From positions 6,673-70,672 of the forward strand of contig CACYHG010000004.1 of the NCBI GenBank assembly GCA_902774175.1: a DNA stretch of 64,000 bases, written 5' to 3'. Positions 53,725-62,400 of this stretch are shown here, in pieces. Within the stretch, counting starts at the first letter, position 1; the number at the start of each line of letters is the position of its first letter. A program made the translations under genes and the position numbers. The notes beneath the pieces are model-generated. The model did not search any database. It was not told where the DNA came from and worked only from the letters and a program-made list of their open reading frames with translations. The stretch comes from an uncultured Bacteroidota bacterium (GTDB lineage: Bacteria > Bacteroidota > Bacteroidia > Bacteroidales > WCHB1-69).

Positions 53725-54180
53725 ATGGATACATTAAGTTATAGGACAGTGTCCGCGAATCCTTCCACAATAAAGAAGGAATGGGTTCTGATTGACGCAG
53801 AGGGAGAGGTTGTCGGCCGCCTCGCCTCGATTGCCGCCCAGATACTGAGGGGCAAATACAAGACCAACTACACCCCGCACATGGACTGCGGAGACAATGT
53901 TGTGATTATCAACGCCGAGAAGATCCGCTTCACTGGAAAGAAAATGACGGACAAACAGTATGTGCGCCACACCGGATACCCCGGCGGACAGCGTTTCTCC
54001 ACACCTAAGGAGGTGCTGCAGCGCAAACCCATTTTCGTGCTGGAACACGCCATCCGCGGCATGCTCCCCAAAACCAAACTGGGGGACAAACTGTACAGGA
54101 ACCTCTACGTGTACGCAGGACCGGACCACAAACAGCAGGCACAACAGCCCAAACTAATTAACATTAAAGAGATCAAATAA
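53725..54180 (+). CDS. rplM: 50S ribosomal protein L13
   Basis: KKEWVLIDAEGEVVGRLAS...RHTGYPGG is typical of L13, and the gene is adjacent to rpsI. Confidence 0.95.
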   Translation: MDTLSYRTVSANPSTIKKEWVLIDAEGEVVGRLASIAAQILRGKYKTNYTPHMDCGDNVVIINAEKIRFTGKKMTDKQYVRHTGYPGGQRFSTPKEVLQRKPIFVLEHAIRGMLPKTKLGDKLYRNLYVYAGPDHKQQAQQPKLINIKEIK

Positions 54181-54182
54181 AC

Positions 54183-54569
54183 ATGGAAGTCATCAATACC
54201 TCAGGAAGAAGAAAAACCGCCGTCGCCCGTATTTATATGAAGCCCGGCACCGGCAACATCACGGTTAACGGCCGTGACTATAAGGATTATTTCTCCACTG
54301 ACACGCTCCGCTACGTGGCAGTGCAGTCCCTCCGGATTGTCCAGATGGAAGACCAGTTCGACATCAAGGCCAACCTGGACGGAGGCGGCATCAACGGTCA
54401 GGCGGAGGCACTGCGTCTGGCCATCGCCAAAGCGCTTTGCGAATACAATCCGGAGAACCGTCAGGCTCTTAAAGCCGAAGGTCTGATGCGCAGGGACCCG
54501 CGTATGGTCGAGCGTAAGAAACCGGGACATCCCAAAGCACGCAAAAGATTCCAATTCAGCAAACGTTAG
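54183..54569 (+). CDS. rpsI: 30S ribosomal protein S9
   Basis: GRRKTAVARIYM...GGGINGQAEALRLAIAKAL...RKKPGHPKARKRFQFSKR is typical of S9. Confidence 0.95.
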   Translation: MEVINTSGRRKTAVARIYMKPGTGNITVNGRDYKDYFSTDTLRYVAVQSLRIVQMEDQFDIKANLDGGGINGQAEALRLAIAKALCEYNPENRQALKAEGLMRRDPRMVERKKPGHPKARKRFQFSKR

Positions 54570-54690
54570 CAGATTTAGCATACCAAGCATAGAGGAATGT
54601 TTAGTATCTAAACCGAAGAGATTCCCGCTACGGCGGGACTACTCTGCGGTTGCTTAAACAAAAAGAATGTAAACATTTAATTAACAAAAC

Positions 54691-55530
54691 ATGTCAAGTT
54701 TAGATTTCAACCAGTTACTGGAAGCGGGTGCCCATTTCGGCCACCTGAAAAGAAAATGGAATCCCAACATGGCTCCTTACATTTTCATGGAGAAGAACGG
54801 GATCCACATCATTGATTTGCACAAAACCGTCGCCAAAATTGACGAGGCTGCGGCAGCTATCCGCCAGATTGCCAAATCCGGCAAGAAAATCCTTTTTGTA
54901 GCCACCAAAAAGCAGGCAAAGGAGATTCTTTCCGAGCAGGTGAGCGCAATCCACATGCCCTACGTGACGGAACGCTGGCCCGGCGGTATGCTGACCAACT
55001 TCAACACCATCCGTAAGGCTGTCAAGAAGATGTCCTCCCTGGACGAAATGATGAACGGTCCGCAATGGGCAAACATCTCCAAGCGTGAGAAACTGCAGAT
55101 CCAGCGTGAGAAGGCCAAACTGGAGAAGAACCTCGGTTCTATCGCCGACCTGAACAGCCTCCCCTCCGCGCTCTTTGTGGTGGACGTGCTGAAAGAACAC
55201 ATTGCCGTGGCGGAAGCCCGCAAGCTTAACATCCCGATTTTCGCCATCGTGGACACCAATTCCAACCCCAACCTTATCGATTTCCCCATCCCTGCCAACG
55301 ACGATGCATCCAAATCAATCGCCCTGATTGTGAAAACCATGTGCGAAGCCATTCAGGAAGGGCTGAACGAACGTGCGCTCAGCAAGGAGAAGAATGAGCT
55401 TGAAGAGGAGGAGCCTGCAGAAGAGGAGAGCCAGGAGGAGACAAAGGATGAGGACAAGGAGAGAGGCCGCGGACGCAGACGCAGAATCGGTGAGAAAGAG
55501 GGCGGTGAAGAGAGACGCCCCAGAAGATAA
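54691..55530 (+). CDS. rpsB: 30S ribosomal protein S2 (with a charged C-terminal extension)
   Basis: LLEAGAHFGHLKRKWNP... and ERWPGGMLTNF are typical of S2. The protein has an E/R-rich tail. Confidence 0.95.
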   Translation: MSSLDFNQLLEAGAHFGHLKRKWNPNMAPYIFMEKNGIHIIDLHKTVAKIDEAAAAIRQIAKSGKKILFVATKKQAKEILSEQVSAIHMPYVTERWPGGMLTNFNTIRKAVKKMSSLDEMMNGPQWANISKREKLQIQREKAKLEKNLGSIADLNSLPSALFVVDVLKEHIAVAEARKLNIPIFAIVDTNSNPNLIDFPIPANDDASKSIALIVKTMCEAIQEGLNERALSKEKNELEEEEPAEEESQEETKDEDKERGRGRRRRIGEKEGGEERRPRR

Positions 55531-55560
55531 TTTAGTTTAACCCTTTAAAATTTAGAGACT

Positions 55561-56391
55561 ATGGCTATTACAGCTGCTGATGTAAATAAACTCAGACAAA
55601 TGACCGGTTCAGGAATGATGGACTGCAAGAACGCTCTGGTGGAAGCCGAGGGCGATTTTGAGAAAGCCATTGACATCCTGAGGAAAAAAGGTCAGAAAAT
55701 TGCCGCCAAACGCGCCGACCGCAATGCCAACGAAGGCTATGTGGTGGCCAAGACAAATGCGGACAACACCTTCGGAATCGTGCTGATGGTGAACTGCGAG
55801 ACCGACTTCGTCGGCAAGACCTCCGATTTCACCGGCTACGCCAACGCCCTGGCCGAACTGGCCATCGAAAAGCACATCACCACCAAGGAGGATATGCTGA
55901 AGGCCGAATTCAAAGGCCAGACCGTGGAGGCCAGCCTGACTGAAATGAGCGGCAAGACCGGTGAGAAGGTTGAGATGAACGGCTTCGCAAGCCTTGAGAA
56001 ACCCTACGTGAACGCATACAACCACATGGGCAACCGTCTGGCTGTCATCGTCGGTTTCAACAAAGGAGGTGAGGCTCTCACCGAAACCGCACACGAAATC
56101 GCGATGCAGATTGCAGCCATGAACCCGCTGGGCGTCACCGAAAACGAGATTCCTCAGGAGGTGATTGACCGCGAACTGGAAGTGGCGCGCGAACAGGTCC
56201 GCAACGAAGGCAAGCCCGAGAACATGGTAGAGAAGATCGCCCAGGGCAAGCTGAACAAATTCTTCAAGGAGAACACCCTGCTGCATCAGGAATTCATCCG
56301 CGACACCAAGATGAACGTGGCCGAATACATGCACAAGGCTGACAAGGATTTGGTCTGCGAAGGTTTCTTCCGCATCCAGTTGGGTGCATAA
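55561..56391 (+). CDS. tsf: Translation elongation factor Ts
   Basis: VNKLRQMTGSGMMDCKNALVEAEGDFEKAIDILRKKG is typical of EF-Ts, and the gene follows rpsB. Confidence 0.95.
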   Translation: MAITAADVNKLRQMTGSGMMDCKNALVEAEGDFEKAIDILRKKGQKIAAKRADRNANEGYVVAKTNADNTFGIVLMVNCETDFVGKTSDFTGYANALAELAIEKHITTKEDMLKAEFKGQTVEASLTEMSGKTGEKVEMNGFASLEKPYVNAYNHMGNRLAVIVGFNKGGEALTETAHEIAMQIAAMNPLGVTENEIPQEVIDRELEVAREQVRNEGKPENMVEKIAQGKLNKFFKENTLLHQEFIRDTKMNVAEYMHKADKDLVCEGFFRIQLGA

Positions 56392-56409
56392 TTACCATAC
56401 ATCCTACAA

Positions 56410-56440
56410 AAAAACGGGGTTCCGATGGAACCCCGTTTTT
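56410..56440. terminator. Bidirectional intrinsic terminator between tsf and the giant T9SS gene
   Basis: The sequence aaaaacggggttcc-gat-ggaaccccgttttt forms a perfect 14-bp stem flanked by an A-run and a T-run. Confidence 0.85.
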
Positions 56441-56455
56441 TTTTAATATTAAATG

Positions 56456-59400
56456 TTACCGGACGACGTTCATCTTCTTGACGATCCGTTCGCCACGGTA
56501 TTCAACGCTGTAGTAGTAGACACCGGCCGCCAGGTCGGAGAGGTTCACACGGATGCTGCCGCTGCCGGCCTCCGCATTGACATCCTCACGGTACAGGACC
56601 TGGCCGTTCATGCCCATGATGCGCAGCGTCAAGACGCCGGCCTCAGGAATGACGTAAGGTATACGCGTAAGCTCGGAAGCGGGGTTCGGCACGTTCTGAC
56701 CCACAGTCCAGCGGTCGGCGGTGGCATCCTCAATGCCTACTCCGCCCTCAACGCAGGCCTCCACTTTCGCCGTGTCGTTGCTCAGGTCGATGTCGTCCGT
56801 CAGAGCGCCCAGATATACGGTCACCTTGTACGGGGCCTGCGCACCGTTCACGCTCAGGCGCGGCACCCGGTAGCTCTGGCTGAAGGTGTGGTTGCGGTTT
56901 TCACCGCCATACATCGGGGCAATCTTCTCCGTCAGGGTGGCATAGGCCACACCGGCGCTGTCGATGACCGCCGTCAGCAGCAGGCTGTCCGTGTTGTCCA
57001 CGGTGCCGTTGTTGAAGAGGCGCACCTCCACCTTGGCCATGGAACCGCCCATCGCGCACGGCGTGGCGGCAGGCGTAATGATGGAGAGGATGCCGTTGTC
57101 AACCACATTCACCAGACCGGTGATGCGCACCGAATCGTTGTCACCGTTCGCGTCGCAAGGCATCTGCGCATAGACATCCAGCAGGTAGAAGGGCTGGTCG
57201 AAGGTGGTCACAGGCACAATGATGCCCTGGCTGAAACGGTGGTAAAGGGTGTCGCCCGGCTTCAGAACCCGGCTGATCCTCTCCCTCACCGTATCCTCCA
57301 TGTTGAGCACCACCAGCACATCAAACGGACTCACAATATCCAGGTTGCCGATGTTCTTCATGGTAAATCCGACATAGACCGTGTCGCCCGGCTCGGTATA
57401 GCCGATGGCATCGTGCCGTGTCACCGCCAAGTCGGGATTCAGGTTCAGGCTGAACTTCGCCGTATCGTTCGAAGCGTTGCTGTCTATGGCGTTCACATAG
57501 ACCTTAACGTCGAACTGGCCGCCGCCCACGTAGTCGATCGGGCTCAGCACCAAGGAGTCAAGCTCACGGCTTTCCAGACGGCCGCTCAACGCCTGCTTGA
57601 GCACGAAGTTCGAAGCTCCGCTCATCTCCACGGTCACGGAATCGCCCGCCCTGAACGGGACCTCCTGGCCGGTCAGGTTCTCCAGGTAGACCTTCAGGCT
57701 CCGGCCGGTCAGGTTGCAGGCCGCGAAATCGGATTCCACAGGCGCATCCACACGCACCTGCATGTCCTGCATGGCCACAATCTTAACCTGGTCGATGGTC
57801 TGGTCGCCGCCACCATAGCTGTAGGCGGTGAACACCAGCACAATGCAGTTGCCGGTGGTATAGTTGGAAAGGTCAATCTGGTAACGTTTCCAGGTCGGCT
57901 GCGTGCATTTGGCATCGTAACGGTAGAGTGTCTGCAATGTCTTGAAGGTCGCGCCACCATCCTGGGAGATGCGCACATCCATCTGATCCATCAGATAGGG
58001 GTTCTTGTTGTCGTGCGCATACCAGAAGTAGAGCTGCGGACGGTAGGTGTTCTGCAGGGTCATGGAGGTGAAGACGGCCTGGCTTATGGAGCCGCGCTCC
58101 GTCGAGGAGCGGAACAGCAGGCTGCCCGTGCCGTACACAGGGTTCAGCACCGGATTGCTGTTCGTCACCTCCCACATGATGTCGCCGTAGGTCTGGTTCA
58201 CCGACACACCCGCAAAGGTGCCCGTAAAGTTGTTCTCGTACGGAAGGATGGTCTTGTCCACATAGTAGTTCAGCCGCAGCGTGTCGTTGAATTTCTGCTG
58301 GTCACTTGCCCATTCGATCCATGCGGTCAGCCTGTACATGCCCGGATAGGTGATGTCAAGATGGGAAAGGAGATCAACAGTGTCATATCCCATCACCTTG
58401 ATGCCGCCAGTTTTCACATCCACACTGGTCTGCAGGTTCACGGAATCGCTTTCACACTTCAGCCAGACCTTCATCGGGGTGGTGGAGAAGTCAACATCAA
58501 CGGTTCCCTGGTTGTAGATGCGGAGTTTCACCGGTGTGCTGTTCGGCACGCACTGGATACCGCCGGTCAGCGGCTCCACATAGGCATCCGGCATCAGGTC
58601 GGAACCCTCGAACAGCGGCGTGCTGTAGGCTCCCATCACCGTCAGCCTGGTTCTGGGTGTCCCGTTGATGTCGCGGGTCACACGGTGGTGACGGTTGATC
58701 TTCAGGGCACCGGAGTACTGGGCGATGCTCAGGTCGTTCGGGAAGTTCGGGAAGACCAACGCCTCCGTCACAGAATTGAGATCCTGCTTGTGCGAACTCT
58801 GCCAACTGGCCAACGTCTTGGCACTGGAACAGTAGAAATTGGTGTTCTTGGTACCGGTGGTGTAGTAGTTGTTGGAATCCAAATAGGTAGGATTGGCGGT
58901 GTTGGTCACGTTGGCCGCCGTGCCGACATAAACCATGTAGTTGTTGGTGGAACCGTTCTCCGTCTTGATGACGTTGTTCTTCACATAAAGGCTGCATTTG
59001 GCATTGGTCTGGCCCGTGTTGTAGAGCACATAGTTGGTGTTGCCCTTGGCATAGAAGGAATTGTTCACAATCTGCACATTGGCGTTGTAACCGAAATAGA
59101 GGCCGTAAACGGTGCTGCCGGTCACAATGACATCGTTGTTGGCGAACAATGCCGGCTGGGTGACTGTGTCGAAAATGGCAGGATTGTTGATGGTGTTGTA
59201 CATATAGAATGCACGGGAAGTGGTATTGGCGTTGATGCGGATCCTGTTTCCGATGATGCTGTCGAACAGAATCACCTGCTGGAAATAGGCGCCGTAATGC
59301 GTGTTCACCCCGTCACGGTTGGTTAGCGTGTTGTAGGAGAAGCTGGGGATATACGCATAGTAGTAGCAGTATATCGAATAATAGTACTGATCCGCAATCA

Positions 59401-62400
59401 CATTGCTGTCCATCACCAGACTGGAGCGCTTGGCCGCAGTGGCCAGGCAGTTGCTCTGGCTTCCGGCAGGATACTGGAAATAGAAGCCATAGTAGCCGCC
59501 GATGATCCGGTTGCCGATAAAGCGCACATCCTTCATGTAATTGACATTGTTGCTGGAGTTGTTGTAGTTGACAACACGGTAGGTGCTGTTGGAGGTGGTG
59601 GTGCTTACATAGAGGTTGCAATGGTGGAAAAGCACATCCTCGATGTAACCCTCAAAGAGCACAGCATTCTCGGGACTGGCAGCGCGTTGCGTGCCGAAGG
59701 TCATCTTTTCGAAATGGAGGAAGGAGGCGTTCTGCAGCTTCAGGGCCACCGTAGCATCCTCACCGACCACCACCGTATTGGCATCGTTGGCGGCGGAGAC
59801 AAAGGTGATGGTGCTGTTGGCACCGGCTCCGGGAATGTTTCCGGAAAACTCCATTGCATCATAGATGCCGGAGGCCACCTTGAAGACCACATGACCGGCC
59901 ACACCGCAATAATACAGTGCGTTGACAGCATCGTTCAGGTCGGCATAATGCGCTCCCTTGCCGCCGACGTTGTAGGTTCCCTTCAGCGCGGAATCGCAGG
60001 AGATGACCGAAATGTAGGCTGTGTCGTTGGTGACATCAGCATCGGTGTTGCCGTCGGGACTCTCCGTCCAGGCCTTGATGTTGTAACGGCCGGAAGGCAC
60101 GGTGAAACCGCCGATCCGAACATCCGTCACCACATCGCCATAAGCCAGCGCCTTTCCACCGGCCTGCCATTTGAACGGGGTCTGCAGCACGCCGTTCAGC
60201 ATCCACTGGACAGTGATGGTAGAGACGCTGCCCGCACCCATGTTACGGAGGGTAACCAGCACGGAATCCTTGCTGCCCTTCACCGCACCGTTCACAGGAT
60301 GGGTAACGGCATAGACCTGCACATCGTATTTGGCAGGCACATAGTCGTGGTAGCATCCGGCATTGGTGATGCTGGAGCGGAACAGACGGTTCTTGTCCTC
60401 AGTCACTATAGGATCGGAAGGAACCAGCACACTGCTGCCGGTCGTATGGAAATTACGGGCGGCGACATCCGTAAAGATCGGCTTCTCCCACTTGGAGTGC
60501 ACATCGTTGCTGACCAGCTGGCTCCATGCATGAATGTTCGCGGCGCCATGACCGATCACCTTCAGGTCGTTAAAATAGACATTGTTGTCCATGGTGGTGC
60601 CGGCATTCAGATAGGAGCCGTTCGTCTGATGATGGACACATTCGGCCACGCCGTTGGTACCAGCCATGTAGATCAGGTTCTCCTGGGAATTGAAGTACCA
60701 GTTGGTGTTGTTCGTGTTCGCCAGGAAAATGCCGTAGCGCGTCCCGCTCGTGTTCATATAGATGGTGTTGTGACGCACATCCGTCATGTTGAGCGAACTG
60801 GAATAAATGCCATAGCTGGTGGAAGTGCCCTTGCCTTCAATGATGATTTCGTTGTTGAAGATGCAGGCCGGCTGGGTGTATGGAACACCGCTGTTCACCC
60901 GCTGCCCGAAATAGACGGCATAAGTGCTGCTGGAAGCGGTCGACCAGATGCGGTTCCGGGCCATGGTGTCAATGCCGACGTAAGCCACCGCATTGCCAAA
61001 GCTGAGAGCACGATAAGTTCCTGAATTATAGGCATTATGGAAATAGTTGTCACGGACGGTCATCCTGTAATAGCCGTTGGCGCACTGGAAACCGTAGTAA
61101 TAGCCGTTCAGCAGCTGGCAGCTGTCGATCTCCAGCGAGCCGAAAGTGGTGGCGGAACTGCCGCCGCCGTCGTTGAGCTGGATGTTCGCATAGCCGCCGT
61201 AAATCAGGCACTGTTTGAAGCGCAGCTGCTTGAAGGGCTTGCCGGTGGCCGTATTGTTACTGAAGACCACATAGGCCTGGCTGTTCTGGCTGCCAGGCAT
61301 GGCACACAGGTCACAATTCCGGAAAGTGATATCCGTCAGGGTGTTCTTGATGATAATAGTCTTCACATCGGTGTTGGTGTCGCCGATGCAGAGTTCATTG
61401 AAGCAGAGGTAGCCGGCATCCACCAACATCAGGGCGGTGGTGGTGCTCTTACCCTTCAGCATGACATCCCCGCGTTTGCCGGTGGCGGAAGTGAAGGTCA
61501 CAATGTTCTTGCTGCCTCCTCCGGGGAAGGTGCCTTCGAATTCGACATCCTCATACACCCCTTTAGCCAGGCGCATCTCCACCGGACCGCCCACACCGCA
61601 CTTGTAAAGGGCGAATATAGCATCGGTCAGGGTGGTGAAGTCGCAACCGGCACCCACGGTGTAGCTGCCTGACAGCGGCAGCGCACAACCGAAGAAGTTG
61701 TTGGACAGGGTGTCGTCCGCAGCAAGCATGTCGGCATGGTCATCCAGATGGACCCACACCACAATCAGGTTGTTCTTAGGTTGTCCCACAATCGTATCCA
61801 GCGTAACCGCCTCACTCTTGTCACCGGGCAGGCTGCCTTTCCACTTGTATGGCGTTTGGCTCACGCCATTGAACGTCCAGTAGATGGTGGCCGCCGTGAT
61901 GGTGGAGTCACCCTTGTTAAGCAGATTGACCGTAACAGGAATCTTGGCACCCGGATTCAGTGTGGCTCCGGCGGGAGAGGCAAAGCCCTTGAAAGCGGCG
62001 TTGTACCTCAGTTCAACCGCATTGTAGGCACCACGGATGGTGGTTTTCGCACGCACGTTTCCGTCAAAATCAGCCTGGGCTTCGCTGTAGGAGGGGCAAT
62101 CCAAAGCGGTGCTCTGGGTCTTCCGGATCTTCATATCCCGGTTGATGTCGATGAACTCCGGATAGACGTTGGTGGCAGTGGCATCCGTCTTCTGCACCGC
62201 CGCCAGGTTGGCCTGGGCACTGCCGAAATAGGCCAGATTGGTGCCACCCTGCCGATAATAGTTGTTGCCCGAAAGCTTGATCTGGGCCGCAGCGGCACTG
62301 TTCGAATAGAACGGATAGGCACTGCCGCCGGCACCAATATAGATGAGGTTATTGTTCAGCACCTCCTGCATATAGTTGGCAACAGTATAGACATACATGC

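Noticed and set aside
54570-54690. Possible structured leader or terminator (tcccgc-tacg-gcggga) between rpsI and rpsB
   Set aside because: It has only a 6-bp stem and no T-tract. That is insufficient to call a terminator or an r-protein leader without comparative data.
56453-61024. Very long plus-strand ORFs (56453-59326, 957 aa; 59621-61024, 467 aa) opposite the giant T9SS gene
   Set aside because: These are antisense shadows of the minus-strand gene. Their products are H/V/G/R/A-rich low-complexity sequences with no motifs. The minus-strand frame, in contrast, has a T9SS sorting domain, repeated domain architecture and a terminator right after its stop.
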